Part shown: one piece after another, positions 40,115 through 50,786 of the stretch
Numbering within the stretch: the first letter of the stretch is position 1
Layout of the letters: every line of letters begins with the position of its first letter
Source of the DNA: Planctomycetota bacterium
GTDB taxonomy: Bacteria; Planctomycetota; UBA1135
Assembly (NCBI GenBank): GCA_014382805.1
Contig: JACNIZ010000227.1
Location: forward strand, 1-53,165
DNA length: 53,165 nucleotides
Direction of reading: 5' to 3'
Position numbers and translations under genes: made by a program
Notes under the pieces: generated by a model
The model's database searches: none
The model's input: only the letters and a program-made list of their open reading frames with translations
What the model was told of the DNA's origin: nothing

Positions 40115-40137
40115 TGCGCGCAGCGGAGGCCCAAATC

Positions 40138-40962
40138 TTGCGCTTACTTAGTACTGCCCTCATCTCCCTACTGACGCTCTGCCCGCCTGGATTCAGCCAG
40201 GAACCCGATGCAGAAGCTTTCTTCAAAATCCAGTGTGTTGCCTGCCATAACATCGGCTCGCCGGGCATTCTTGGCCCGGACTTAGCCGGGGTTACCGAGC
40301 GCCAAACACGCGAATGGTTGGTCCCATTCATGATGGACCCGCCAGCCGTATTGGCTAGCGGTGATCCATACGCCCAGGAATTGCTCGCTGCTGCGAATAA
40401 CGTGCAGATGATCAAAATTCCGGGACTGGATGCAGCGATGGCCAACGCGCTGTTGGATTACATCGAAGCTCAGTCGGGTGCAGATCCCAAGCCCGCGCCA
40501 GTCGTTGAGACTGAGCCCTTCACCGCTGAAGAAATCAATAGCGGGCGTGAATATTTCACCGGAGCAAAGAGCTTGGAGAACGGTGCTCCTGCGTGCACCG
40601 CTTGCCACACCACCTACGACATTGGTTCGTGGGGCGGGGGTCGCTTAGGTCCAGACCTAACCCACGTTTCCCAGCGCTTGCAAGGCCGCGCTGGACTGCA
40701 AGCCTGGCTCACTATGCCGGCATCGGCGGTGATGACACCGATTTTCAGCAAGCAACGCTTGACGAAATCAGAAATCCGCGACTTGGTCGCATTCCTTGAA
40801 TCGGAAAACGAAAAGAGCCCAAGTGAGGCTCCGGCAGTAACCGCTTCCTTCTTCAGCGCGGGCGTAATAGTCGCCATTCTGCTTCTGGTCATGTTCGGAC
40901 TCATCTGGAAGAACCGCTACCGTTCCACCCGGATCCCAATGGTGGAGAGAGCTAAACGATGA
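40138..40962 (+). CDS. narC: membrane-anchored dihaem c-type cytochrome, NarC-like first gene of the nar operon
   Basis: Two CxxCH (CVACH, CTACH), N-terminal signal peptide from TTG 40138 ([15 protein letters not shown]), C-terminal [26 protein letters not shown] overlap with narG. The ORF-track start at 40069 would lie upstream of the promoter and adds a non-signal-like extension. Confidence 0.7.
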   Translation: MRLLSTALISLLTLCPPGFSQEPDAEAFFKIQCVACHNIGSPGILGPDLAGVTERQTREWLVPFMMDPPAVLASGDPYAQELLAAANNVQMIKIPGLDAAMANALLDYIEAQSGADPKPAPVVETEPFTAEEINSGREYFTGAKSLENGAPACTACHTTYDIGSWGGGRLGPDLTHVSQRLQGRAGLQAWLTMPASAVMTPIFSKQRLTKSEIRDLVAFLESENEKSPSEAPAVTASFFSAGVIVAILLLVMFGLIWKNRYRSTRIPMVERAKR

Positions 40963-43900
40963 ACACTGATAACTCCCTTCCTTGGATTAAAGACTCCGCC
41001 GAGCCCGAAACGCGCGCTTGGGAAGAGTTTTACCGCAACCGTTGGCAGTACGACAAGATCGTACGCTCAACTCACGGTGTGAACTGTACCGGGTCGTGCT
41101 CGTGGCAGATTCACGTTAAAGATGGAATCGTCACCTGGGAACTGCAGGCGATTGATTATCCGAAGATTGATAAGAACGTTCCGCCGCACGAACCACGCGG
41201 TTGTCAGCGCGGAATTTCTTACTCATGGTACTTGTACAGCCCGTTGCGGGTTAAGTACCCATACGTGCGTGGTGCGTTGTTGGACTTCTGGCGTACTGCC
41301 AAAACTGCTCATAACAACGACCCGGTTGCTGCTTGGGCTTCGATCCAAAATGATCCGGAAAAACGCGCTCGTTATCAGCGCGCTCGCGGCAAAGGCGGAT
41401 TCCGTCGCACTTCTTGGGATACTGCGAAGGAAATCATTGCTGCGTCGGCCGTTCATACCATTAAGGATTACGGTCCTGACCGCATCGCTGGTTTCTCGCC
41501 GATTCCTGCCATGTCGCAAGTTAGCTATGCAGCTGGCGCGCGCATGTTGCAGTTGATGGGTGGTCTGTCTCTGTCCTTCTACGATTGGTACTGCGACCTT
41601 CCAAGTGCATCGCCAGAGACTTGGGGCGAGCAAACCGACGTCAACGAATCAGCTGACTGGTACCACGCCAAGATGTTGGCGGTCATGGGTTCCAACCTGA
41701 ACATGACGCGCACACCTGACGTGCACTTTGCTGCTGAAGCGCGTCACAACGGCACCAAAATGGTGGTGTTCTCGCCGGACTTCAACCAGGTTGCTAAGTA
41801 CGCCGACGAATGGGTGTCCTTGAACGCTGGTCAAGATGGCGCTTGGTGGATGGCAGTCAACCACGTCATCCTCAAGGAGTTCCACCACGAGAAGCAAACC
41901 CCGTACTTCATTAATTACTGCAAGAAGTACACCGATTCGCCTTACTTGGTCGAGCTGACCGAGAAGAATGGATCCTGGGAACCTGGCCAAATGCTGCGTG
42001 CTGGTCGCATGGCTGAGTACGCCGATGAAGAGAATGGCGAATGGAAGTTCCTGCAATGGGACGCCGGCGACGACAGGCCGAAGATGCCGATGGGCTCCTC
42101 TGGTCACCGTTGGGCTGAGAAGAAGGGTCAATGGAACTTGCTTCCTAAAGACGGCAAAGACGGTTCAGACATCGATGCCGAATTGACCTTCCTGGAAGTT
42201 TGCGACGGCATCAAACAAGTCCGTTTTGATGACTTCGCCGAAGGTGAATCCAAAAAGCGCGGCGTGCCTGTGCGCACCGTCAACACCGCCGACGGTCCGG
42301 TTACCGTCGCAACTGTTTATGACTTGCTGATGGCGCAATACGGCATCAGTCGCGGTTTGGATGGGGACTACCCAACCAGCTACGACGACGACATGGTTTA
42401 CACCCCGGCGTGGGGTGAGCGTTACTGTGGTATCGACCGCTCCAACATCATCAAGTTCGCGCGCGAATGGGCGTCGACTGCTGAACATACGAATGGTAAG
42501 TGCACCGTCATCATTGGCGCTGGTATTAATCACTGGTACCACGGCAACTTGATGTACCGCGCGGCGATCAACGCGTTGATGTTCTGCGGCTGCGTAGGCG
42601 TCAACGGTGGTGGTTTGGCTCACTACGTGGGTCAGGAAAAGCTGGCTCCGGGCGAACCTTGGGGCAACATTGCTTTTGCCAAGGACTGGGTGCCTGCGGT
42701 GCGTTTGCAGAATGCTCCGTCTTGGCACTACGTCAACACCGACCAGTGGCGTTACGAAAAGAGCTTCCGCGATTACCACACGGTGCCGGAAGATCATCCC
42801 GCAGGCAGCATTTCCGTCTGCCACACCATTTCCGTTCCATTGCGTTCGGTCAAGAACGGCTGGATGCCTTTCTACCCGCAGTTTGATCGCAGTCCGATTA
42901 CACTGTGCGAAGATGCGCGCAACGCCGGCGCCATGGATGAAGCTGGCATTGTTAACTACGTGGTCGACAAACTGAAGAGCAAGGAGCTCAAGTTTGCGGT
43001 TGAGAAGCCTGACCACAGCGAAAACTGGCCGCGTTTGTGGTTCATCTGGAGGGGTAACGCTCTGATGAGTTCGGCCAAGGGCCACGAGTACTTCCTGGAC
43101 CACTACCTCGGCACGCACAACAATAAAATCGCTGAAGAACTTGCTGAAGGCAGCGTTAAAGCGGTTGAGTTTTTGAAGACTGCGCCGAAGGGCAAGATGG
43201 ACCTGGTAGTCGACTTGAACTTCCGCATGGATACGTCGGCGCTGTATTCGGACATCGTTCTGCCTGCCGCAACTTGGTACGAAAAGGATGACCTGAACAC
43301 CACCGACATGCACGCTTACGTGCACCCACTTTCGGAAGCAGTTCCGCCATGTTGGGAATCTAAGTCGGACTGGGACATCTTTGCGGAGATCTCCAAAGAG
43401 TTTGCGAAGCTGGCTGGTGAAGCCTTCCCGGGCGAAGTGGAAGACATCGTCGCTTCTCCGCTGGCGCACGACACTGCTGCCGAAATCGCGCAGCCACAGA
43501 TGTTGGATTGGGACAAGGGGCAGTGCGAAGCCATCCCTGGCAAGACCATGCCTGGCTTGAAAGTAGTCAAGCGTGATTACAGCAAGCTATACCACCAGTT
43601 CATCGCTTACGGTCCGCTAGCTCGGGAAAAAGGAATTGGAGCTCACGGCACCCACTACCACATTGACGATTTCTACGATGAAATGGTCGAGCACGGTCGT
43701 ACCACCGAGTTCGATGGCAAAAAATACCCATCACTACTGACTGGTAAGGACGCTTGTAACGCCATCTTGAACCTAGCGTCGGTAACCAATGGTGAACTTG
43801 CTTATCGCTCCTACAAAAACATGGAGGAGAAAGTTGGTTTCCCACTGGCGGATGAGCTAGCTGGCAAGACGCGTTCCGTGCGCATGCAATTTGAAGACAT

Positions 43901-44615
43901 TCAAGCGCAGCCACGACGTCAGCATAACTCGCCGATGTGGTCGGCCAAGATCGACGACGGACGTACTTACTCACCGTTTAGCTACAACATCGAGCACATG
44001 GTTCCATGGCGGACGTTGACGGGTCGTCAGCACTTCTACTTGGATCACCCGGGCTACATTCAGTTCGGTGAACACGTGCCGACTTACAAGCCGAAGCCAT
44101 TGCCAGTTCAATACGCTGACATGCGCATGTCGGATGACAGCGGTATCGAAAAGGGCGACACGCTGTGCTTGAACTACTTGACTCCGCATGGCAAGTGGCA
44201 CATTCACTCGACCTACGGGGACAACCATCGCATGACAACTCTGTCACGCGGCGTGGAGCCGTTCTGGATTAACGATAAGGAAGCGAATTCCATCGGCATC
44301 AACGATAACGATTGGGTTGAGGTGCACAACGACCACGGCGTAGTGGTCACGCGAGCTGCAGTCAGCGCGCGTATTCCAAAGGGGATCTGCATCATTTACC
44401 ACTCTCCTGAAAGGACTTACTCAGTACCTAAATCGCCATTGCGCGGCAAACGACGTGCTGGTGGCCACAACAGTCTGACCCGTACCAGACTCAAGCCGAA
44501 CTTGTTGATCGGTGGTTACGGACAGTTCACTTACCACTTCAACTACTGGGGACCGATCGGTTGCAACCGTGACACCCACGTGTTGGTTCGCAAACTCCCC
44601 AAACTCATCTGGTAA
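40959..44615 (+). CDS. narG: respiratory nitrate reductase alpha subunit (cytoplasmic type, no Tat signal)
   Basis: 1218 aa; [26 protein letters not shown]0 motif and overall NarG-like sequence. Confidence 0.97.
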   Translation: MNTDNSLPWIKDSAEPETRAWEEFYRNRWQYDKIVRSTHGVNCTGSCSWQIHVKDGIVTWELQAIDYPKIDKNVPPHEPRGCQRGISYSWYLYSPLRVKYPYVRGALLDFWRTAKTAHNNDPVAAWASIQNDPEKRARYQRARGKGGFRRTSWDTAKEIIAASAVHTIKDYGPDRIAGFSPIPAMSQVSYAAGARMLQLMGGLSLSFYDWYCDLPSASPETWGEQTDVNESADWYHAKMLAVMGSNLNMTRTPDVHFAAEARHNGTKMVVFSPDFNQVAKYADEWVSLNAGQDGAWWMAVNHVILKEFHHEKQTPYFINYCKKYTDSPYLVELTEKNGSWEPGQMLRAGRMAEYADEENGEWKFLQWDAGDDRPKMPMGSSGHRWAEKKGQWNLLPKDGKDGSDIDAELTFLEVCDGIKQVRFDDFAEGESKKRGVPVRTVNTADGPVTVATVYDLLMAQYGISRGLDGDYPTSYDDDMVYTPAWGERYCGIDRSNIIKFAREWASTAEHTNGKCTVIIGAGINHWYHGNLMYRAAINALMFCGCVGVNGGGLAHYVGQEKLAPGEPWGNIAFAKDWVPAVRLQNAPSWHYVNTDQWRYEKSFRDYHTVPEDHPAGSISVCHTISVPLRSVKNGWMPFYPQFDRSPITLCEDARNAGAMDEAGIVNYVVDKLKSKELKFAVEKPDHSENWPRLWFIWRGNALMSSAKGHEYFLDHYLGTHNNKIAEELAEGSVKAVEFLKTAPKGKMDLVVDLNFRMDTSALYSDIVLPAATWYEKDDLNTTDMHAYVHPLSEAVPPCWESKSDWDIFAEISKEFAKLAGEAFPGEVEDIVASPLAHDTAAEIAQPQMLDWDKGQCEAIPGKTMPGLKVVKRDYSKLYHQFIAYGPLAREKGIGAHGTHYHIDDFYDEMVEHGRTTEFDGKKYPSLLTGKDACNAILNLASVTNGELAYRSYKNMEEKVGFPLADELAGKTRSVRMQFEDIQAQPRRQHNSPMWSAKIDDGRTYSPFSYNIEHMVPWRTLTGRQHFYLDHPGYIQFGEHVPTYKPKPLPVQYADMRMSDDSGIEKGDTLCLNYLTPHGKWHIHSTYGDNHRMTTLSRGVEPFWINDKEANSIGINDNDWVEVHNDHGVVVTRAAVSARIPKGICIIYHSPERTYSVPKSPLRGKRRAGGHNSLTRTRLKPNLLIGGYGQFTYHFNYWGPIGCNRDTHVLVRKLPKLIW

Positions 44616-44633
44616 CGCTAGGAGGGAATAAAA

Positions 44634-46121
44634 ATGGACGTCCGCTCACAAGTTTCGATGCTGTTCCACATGGACAAATGCATCGGTTGCCATACCTGCA
44701 GCATCGCCTGCAAAAACATCTGGACTGACCGCAAAGGTACTGAGTACATGTGGTGGAACAACGTGGAGACGAAGCCGGGAACCGGTTATCCGACGCGTTG
44801 GGAAGACCAGCTTAATTACAAAGGTGGTTGGGAAGTCGTTGATGGCGAATTGCAGCTGAAATCAACCAGCCGCAGCAAAATCATCCCCAACATCTTTCAC
44901 AATCCGTCCATGCCGACCATGGACGATTACTACGAGCCTTGGACATATAAGTACTCGGATCTGTTCGACGCCCCTGAAGGCGACGACCAGCCGACTGCGA
45001 TGCCCATCTCGATGGTGACTGGCGAATACATCGACGTCAAAGCCGGCCCAAACTGGGACGACGACCTCGGTGGCTCGCAAGTCTACGCAGAAAACGATCC
45101 GAACTTGGAAGCGCTCACTCCGGAGCTGCGCCAGCAAATGTTTGAGATCGAGCGGTTGGCGTTTTTCTACCTGCCGCGCATGTGTAACCACTGCTTGAAC
45201 CCTGCGTGTGTAGCTGCATGTCCGTCCGGCGCGTTGTACAAGCGTGGGGAAGATGGCATTGTTTTGGTTAACCAAAAGCAGTGTCGCGGTTGGCGCTCCT
45301 GTGTGCCGGCTTGTCCTTACAAGAAGGTTTACTTCAATTGGTCGACCGGCAAGTCGGAGAAGTGCATTTTGTGCTATCCACGCCTAGAGACCAAGCAGCC
45401 GCCAGCTTGCCACCACTCTTGCGTCGGTCGGATTCGTTACTTAGGCAACGTGCTTTACGACGCCTCGCGCATCGAAGAAATCGCAGGATGCCCTGAGAAT
45501 GAATTGATCAGCAAGCAGCGCGAACTGATTTTGGATCCGAACGATCCGGAAGTCATCGAAGCCGCTAAGGCCAATGGCATTCCGGACGACGTGATTACCT
45601 CGGCGCAGCAATCACCAACTTACAAGTTCGTCATGGAGTGGGGGCTGGGCTTGCCATTGCACCCTGAGTTCCGCACCTTGCCGATGTTGTTCTACGTTCC
45701 GCCGCTTTCGCCGGTACTGTCGTCGCGCAACGGCGAGGCAACCCGCAACAACGGCACCGACCTGCTGCACGAAGTCGACGAGGCACGCGTACCGATTCAA
45801 TACCTCGCCGAGATCTTTGGTGCCGGTAACACCGAGCCGGTCCGCTACGCCCTGCGCAAGCAATACGCAGTACGCATGTGGCGACGTCACGTCACCGTTG
45901 GCGACGTCGATGAAGCTACTGCCAAAGCCGCGCTGGTCGAAGCCGATTGCACTGTAGATCAAGCTGAAGCCATCTACCGCTTGACCTCTTTGGCCAAGTA
46001 CGAAGAGCGTTTCATCATTCCACCGACGCACCGCGAGCAAGCCATGGAGTTGTTGAAAGACCCCATGGAAAACAAGCAGGACACTGGTTTCGGTTTCATT
46101 GAACCTCCAATAAGAGTGTGA
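44634..46121 (+). CDS. narH: respiratory nitrate reductase beta subunit
   Basis: CIGCHTCSIAC, CNHCLNPACVAACP, CRGWRSCVPACPY, CILCYPR Fe-S motifs. Confidence 0.97.
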   Translation: MDVRSQVSMLFHMDKCIGCHTCSIACKNIWTDRKGTEYMWWNNVETKPGTGYPTRWEDQLNYKGGWEVVDGELQLKSTSRSKIIPNIFHNPSMPTMDDYYEPWTYKYSDLFDAPEGDDQPTAMPISMVTGEYIDVKAGPNWDDDLGGSQVYAENDPNLEALTPELRQQMFEIERLAFFYLPRMCNHCLNPACVAACPSGALYKRGEDGIVLVNQKQCRGWRSCVPACPYKKVYFNWSTGKSEKCILCYPRLETKQPPACHHSCVGRIRYLGNVLYDASRIEEIAGCPENELISKQRELILDPNDPEVIEAAKANGIPDDVITSAQQSPTYKFVMEWGLGLPLHPEFRTLPMLFYVPPLSPVLSSRNGEATRNNGTDLLHEVDEARVPIQYLAEIFGAGNTEPVRYALRKQYAVRMWRRHVTVGDVDEATAKAALVEADCTVDQAEAIYRLTSLAKYEERFIIPPTHREQAMELLKDPMENKQDTGFGFIEPPIRV

Positions 46122-46657
46122 TCATGACCATCGATCAATCCATCTATGGTTCGCTGGCTCGGCTGCTGGATTACCCAGCCGCCGGCTACTGCGAAGCCGC
46201 TGAAGAGTGGATCGCCCAAATCGGCAATCAATGCCCCGTTGCTGGCGAGGCGCTACAACCGTTTTTGGCCTTCGTCCGTGAACGCAGCGCCGAGAAGTTG
46301 GAAGAGCTGTACTGCATCACTTTCGACAACAGCCAAACCGCGGCATTGGAGCTAGGTTGGCATGTTTATGGGGAAACTTATGAGCGCGGTGCATTTTTAG
46401 TTCAAATGCGCGCGCTGCTTCGCGAACACGGCGTACCCGAGCGTTCCGAATTGCCCGACCACCTCAGTTTGGTTTTGCAGGCCATGAGCCTTTGCAGTGA
46501 GGAGCACGCGCTGAAACTGGCCGCCGACACGGTCAAACCTGCCGTCCGCAAGATCCTGGTCAGCTTGGCCGCGGATCAAAACCCATACGAACCAGTGCTG
46601 GACGCCGTGCTTCAAGTCACCCGCCAACACGCCCAGCAATCCTACAACCACAGCTGA
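46118..46657 (+). CDS. narJ: nitrate reductase molybdenum cofactor assembly chaperone
   Basis: 179 aa TorD/NarJ-like, positioned between narH and narI; start GTG 46118 (overlaps the narH stop) or ATG 46124. Confidence 0.85.
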   Translation: MIMTIDQSIYGSLARLLDYPAAGYCEAAEEWIAQIGNQCPVAGEALQPFLAFVRERSAEKLEELYCITFDNSQTAALELGWHVYGETYERGAFLVQMRALLREHGVPERSELPDHLSLVLQAMSLCSEEHALKLAADTVKPAVRKILVSLAADQNPYEPVLDAVLQVTRQHAQQSYNHS

Positions 46658-46660
46658 TCC

Positions 46661-47350
46661 ATGTACGACATCCTCTTCTTCGTAGCCTTGCCCTACGTGG
46701 CTTTGGTTTTGTTCTTCCTGGTCGGCATCACCCGCTACCGCCGACGTCCGTTTTCGGTTACTAGTCTGTCATCGCAGTTCCTAGAAAACCGCAAGCACTT
46801 TTGGAGCACGGTTCCCTTCCACTACGGAGTGATTGGAGTTTTGCTACTGCACCTTGCTGGCTTGATGATTCCTGACACGATGCTGGCATGGAACGCCGCC
46901 CCGGTGAGGTTGGTGGTCTTGGAAGTCACAGGATTGGCACTCGGCTTGATGGCATTGTTTGGCTTGGTCAACTCGATGATTCGGCGGGTGCAAAGCCCGC
47001 GCATACGCATCATTACCAACAAGTCCGATTGGGTGCTGCTGGCCTTGCTGCTGATTCAAATCGTGCTTGGCATCTTGGTGGCCATCTACAACGGCTGGGG
47101 CAGCTCTTGGTTCGCAGCCAGTGCCACACCTTGGTTGTGGTCTTTGTTCACCCTCAACCCGGACTTGAGCTACGTGGCTGGCATGCCATTGCTCGTCAAG
47201 CTGCACATCATTAATGCCTTCTTGATGATCGGCTTCTTCCCGTTCACCAGGTTGATACACGTCATCGTGATTCCTAACCCTTACCTCTGGCGCAAAACTC
47301 AAGTTGTGCGTTGGAACCGCGATCGTAAGCGCCTCCGCATCCGCGACTAA
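46661..47350 (+). CDS. narI: respiratory nitrate reductase gamma subunit (dihaem b)
   Basis: 229 aa, 5 TM, conserved His pairs (FHYGVIGVLLLH, KLHIINAF...RLIH). Confidence 0.95.
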   Translation: MYDILFFVALPYVALVLFFLVGITRYRRRPFSVTSLSSQFLENRKHFWSTVPFHYGVIGVLLLHLAGLMIPDTMLAWNAAPVRLVVLEVTGLALGLMALFGLVNSMIRRVQSPRIRIITNKSDWVLLALLLIQIVLGILVAIYNGWGSSWFAASATPWLWSLFTLNPDLSYVAGMPLLVKLHIINAFLMIGFFPFTRLIHVIVIPNPYLWRKTQVVRWNRDRKRLRIRD

Positions 47351-47366
47351 TCGATTTACTTAAACA

Positions 47367-47393
47367 ACTGCCCGGTCCATATGACCGGGCAGT
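47367..47393 (+). other. 11-bp perfect stem-loop between narI and narK1 (no T-tract)
   Basis: ACTGCCCGGTC-CATAT-GACCGGGCAGT, 17 nt after the narI stop. Confidence 0.6.
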
Positions 47394-47451
47394 ACGCCAC
47401 CACGCCACCACCAACAAACACTCTCCCCCCAACCTGGAATGGAGTTCGGCG

Positions 47452-48957
47452 ATGTCCGCAAGTACGAAAAAATTTAACCCGACGCAATTTTTGTCATTCA
47501 AGGGTCCATACAAGATCCTGCATATGACCTGGTTTGCGTTCTTCCTAACCTTCATGGCTTGGTTCAACATGGCGCCTTTAGCGGCAGCCATGAAGATTGA
47601 TCTTGGCTTGACCGACGGCGACCTGAAGGTCTTGATGATCTGTAACGTGGCTCTGACGATTCCAGCGCGAATCATCATCGGCATGCTGTTAGATCGTTTT
47701 GGGCCGAGAAAGGTTTTCTCCGGCTTGTTGATTGTGATGTCTATACCGTGTTTCATATTCGCGGTATCGAACACCATGATCCAGTTGGTCATTACTCGAT
47801 TGCTACTGGGCATTATTGGTGCCGGCTTCGTCATCGGCATCCGCATGGTTGCAGAGTGGTTCCCACCGAAAGACGTGGGGGAGGCAGAAGGTATTTACGG
47901 TGGCTTCGGAAACTTTGGTTCCGCGGCTTCGGCGTTCACCTTGCCTACCATTGCAGTTCTGGCCACCACCTGGTTTGGCGCAGAGCAAGGCTGGCGCTAC
48001 TCCATCGGCTTGACCGGTGCCATGTGTTTGATTTATGGCTTCATTTACTACGCAAGTGTAAGTGACACGCCTCCAGGTAAGACTTATCACAAGCCGAAGC
48101 GCGCTGGCGCAATGGAAGTCACTTCGATGCCGTCGTTGTATGGTTTGATTTTCATGCAGGTGCCGATGATTTTGGCTTTGGGCCTTTTGGTGTGGAAACT
48201 CCACAACTTCGGCTTCTTGCCGACCCAAGGCGCGCACATTGGATACGGTGCTTTGGTCAGCATTTTGATTTTCCAGGCCTACAAGGCATGGACCGTCAAT
48301 GCGCCGCATATTCGCGAAGGCTATAGCGAAGGCGACAAATACGAATTCCGTCAAGTCGCCATTTTGGACCTTGCTTACTTCGTGACATTCGGCTCGGAAT
48401 TGGCTGTGGTTTCCATGCTGCCGCTTTTCTTCAAGCGAACCTTCGACCTTTCTCTGGCTCAAGCAGGCATGATCGCGGCATCCTTCGCGTTCATGAACTT
48501 ATTCGCCCGTCCGATGGGTGGCTTTCTTTCCGACCGGTTGGGTTCGCGTCGCAAGACTCTAACTTTCCTGCTTGCAGGTTTAGCCGTCGGTTACTTCCTA
48601 ATGAGCCGTATCAATAGCTCCTGGCCAATTCCATTGGCTGTTGGCGCAACCATGTTGTGCTCCTTCTTCGTGCAAGCGGGTGAAGGCGCAGTATTCGCAG
48701 TGGTTCCATTGGTCAAGAAACGCGTCACTGGTCAAATCGCCGGCATGGTAGGTGCCTACGGCAACGTTGGCGCGGTGGTATTGCTGACTGTGTTCAGCTT
48801 TGTCACACCGGATCAATTCTTCTTAACCATCAGCGGTTGTGCCATCGTGTGCATGATTGCATCCATGGCGTTGAAAGAGCCCAAAGGTTCCTTCGCTGAC
48901 GCCCACCATGACGAAGCAGCTCAAAACGATGCTGCTGTAACCGGAGTAACCGGATGA
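47452..48957 (+). CDS. narK1: MFS nitrate/nitrite porter (NNP family, NarK1-type)
   Basis: 501 aa, 12 TM, NNP signature GGFGNFG. Confidence 0.9.
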   Translation: MSASTKKFNPTQFLSFKGPYKILHMTWFAFFLTFMAWFNMAPLAAAMKIDLGLTDGDLKVLMICNVALTIPARIIIGMLLDRFGPRKVFSGLLIVMSIPCFIFAVSNTMIQLVITRLLLGIIGAGFVIGIRMVAEWFPPKDVGEAEGIYGGFGNFGSAASAFTLPTIAVLATTWFGAEQGWRYSIGLTGAMCLIYGFIYYASVSDTPPGKTYHKPKRAGAMEVTSMPSLYGLIFMQVPMILALGLLVWKLHNFGFLPTQGAHIGYGALVSILIFQAYKAWTVNAPHIREGYSEGDKYEFRQVAILDLAYFVTFGSELAVVSMLPLFFKRTFDLSLAQAGMIAASFAFMNLFARPMGGFLSDRLGSRRKTLTFLLAGLAVGYFLMSRINSSWPIPLAVGATMLCSFFVQAGEGAVFAVVPLVKKRVTGQIAGMVGAYGNVGAVVLLTVFSFVTPDQFFLTISGCAIVCMIASMALKEPKGSFADAHHDEAAQNDAAVTGVTG

Positions 48958-50672
48958 GTACCCTAGAAAAGTGGGATGTCGAAGACCAGGCATTCTGGGA
49001 TTCCACCGGCAAAAAGGTAGCCACGCGCAACCTTTGGATCTCCATTCCCAGTTTGCTAGTCGGATTTGCCGTCTGGTTGATGTGGGGCATCATTACGGTG
49101 CAAATGAAAAACCTGGGTTTCACCTTCGGCAAGTCGCCGGAGGAGGCAATGGGTTTGCTGTTCATGTTGCCAGCAATTGCTGGCCTGACCGGCGCCACGC
49201 TACGCATCCCTAGTACCTTCTTCATTCGCCTGGCGGGTGGTCGAAACACCATCTTCTTCACCACGGCGCTGTTGATGATCCCGGCACTGGGTGCGGCCTT
49301 TGCGCTGCAAAACCCTGAAACGCCGTTCAGGGTTTTCATGCTGCTGGCATTCCTGTCAGGCATCGGCGGTGGCAACTTTGCCTCTTCCATGTCCAACATC
49401 AGCTTCTTCTACCCGAAAAAGGTACAAGGTTACGCGCTGGGCATGAATGCGGGCTTAGGCAACTTCGGTGTGACCACCATGCAGATCTTGATTCCGCTGG
49501 GCATGACTGCGGCAATTGTCGGCCCGTTAAGCGGTGAACCGGGCAAACTCGCAACCACCAGCGGTACTATCTTCAAGCAAGTCGCGGCCGGTTCCGACAC
49601 CTGGTTGTCCAGCGCCGGTTGGGTTTGGATGTACTGGTTGATCCCGCTGGCCTTTTTCGGTTGGTTCAAGCTCAACAACATCAAAACCGAAGCCGTCACT
49701 CCCGGCCTCAGGTCGCCGATGGTTTCTTTCGGTCGCATCACTTGGCTGCTGTTGATCGGTTTTGCTACTGCTGCTGCTGGCCTGTACTTCATCCTGACTT
49801 ACCTCACGATGACTTGGGTGAAGTGGATTGTGTTGCCATGCGTCATTGCCGCAACCGTTTTCTTGATAAAGGCTTTGTCGCCAGGCGAAATTAAGGGCAA
49901 CCTTGATCGCCAGTACAAGATCTTCAACAACAAGCACACCTGGGTTATGACCGTCATCTACACGATGACCTTTGGTTCATTCATCGGGTTCTCCGCTGCC
50001 GTTGGCCTGGCCATCAAATTCATCTTTGGTGTCATGCACTATGAGGTGGCAGGCTTGAGCGAAAAGATTGCCGCAGGTGCTGGCGTCTTTGTCGACCCTA
50101 AGGTCGTGGAAGCCGCCCAAAAAGCATTGGCTACCGCTACCGAAAACGGCGACGTCTGGATTCACATCAACAACCCGAATGGTCCCGCTACATTCATGTA
50201 CGTTTGGGTAGGCGCCTTCGTCGGTGCTCTGATTCGTCCGGTTGGTGGCATGATCGCTGACAAGGTTGGTGGCGCAATTGTGACCCAAGTGGTTGCCGTC
50301 GTCATGACCCTTTCTGCGGTTGGCGTTGGCTACTACTCATCGCTGGCGTACCAGGCGAACGCCCCAGAAGAGTTTTTCATACCCTTCTTCGTGCTGATCG
50401 TAGTTCTCTTCGCAGCCACTGGCGTCGGCAATGGCTCTACCTTCCGCACCATTTCAATGGTCTTCAACGCAGAACAAGCTGGCCCAGTGTTGGGTTGGAC
50501 GTCGGCAGTTGCAGCTTACGGCGCCTTCTTGGTTCCAAAGCTAATCGGTGAGCAAATGAAAGCAGGTGCTCCCGAAATTGCGATGTATGGCTTGGCGGTG
50601 TTCTACGCCATCTGTGCCATACTCAATTGGTGGTACTACCTCGGTCCTAAGGCTGAGTTTAAGAACCCTTGA
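48954..50672 (+). CDS. narK2: MFS nitrate/nitrite porter (NarK2/NarT-type), unusually long
   Basis: 572 aa, N-terminal KWDVEDQAFWDSTGKKVATRNLWISIPSLL, NAGLGNFG signature; ATGA overlap with narK1. Confidence 0.9.
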   Translation: MSTLEKWDVEDQAFWDSTGKKVATRNLWISIPSLLVGFAVWLMWGIITVQMKNLGFTFGKSPEEAMGLLFMLPAIAGLTGATLRIPSTFFIRLAGGRNTIFFTTALLMIPALGAAFALQNPETPFRVFMLLAFLSGIGGGNFASSMSNISFFYPKKVQGYALGMNAGLGNFGVTTMQILIPLGMTAAIVGPLSGEPGKLATTSGTIFKQVAAGSDTWLSSAGWVWMYWLIPLAFFGWFKLNNIKTEAVTPGLRSPMVSFGRITWLLLIGFATAAAGLYFILTYLTMTWVKWIVLPCVIAATVFLIKALSPGEIKGNLDRQYKIFNNKHTWVMTVIYTMTFGSFIGFSAAVGLAIKFIFGVMHYEVAGLSEKIAAGAGVFVDPKVVEAAQKALATATENGDVWIHINNPNGPATFMYVWVGAFVGALIRPVGGMIADKVGGAIVTQVVAVVMTLSAVGVGYYSSLAYQANAPEEFFIPFFVLIVVLFAATGVGNGSTFRTISMVFNAEQAGPVLGWTSAVAAYGAFLVPKLIGEQMKAGAPEIAMYGLAVFYAICAILNWWYYLGPKAEFKNP

Positions 50673-50720
50673 TTGGAACATAGCGTCGGTGGGGAAACTC
50701 ACTGTTGCGTGTATGCGTGT

Positions 50721-50758
50721 ACCTTCGGCGGAGCTTCGGCTTCGTCGAAGGTTTTTTT
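50721..50758 (+). terminator. rho-independent terminator of the nar operon
   Basis: ACCTTCGGCGGAGC-TTCG-GCTTCGTCGAAGGT (14-bp stem with two G-U pairs, TTCG tetraloop) followed by a T7 run. Confidence 0.8.
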
Positions 50759-50786
50759 CAGGGGTATTTTTTTTGTTTGTTCTGGT

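Noticed and set aside
42165-43469. 434-aa minus-strand ORF inside narG
   Set aside because: It is antisense to an unambiguous narG and has no recognisable motifs. It is a shadow ORF.
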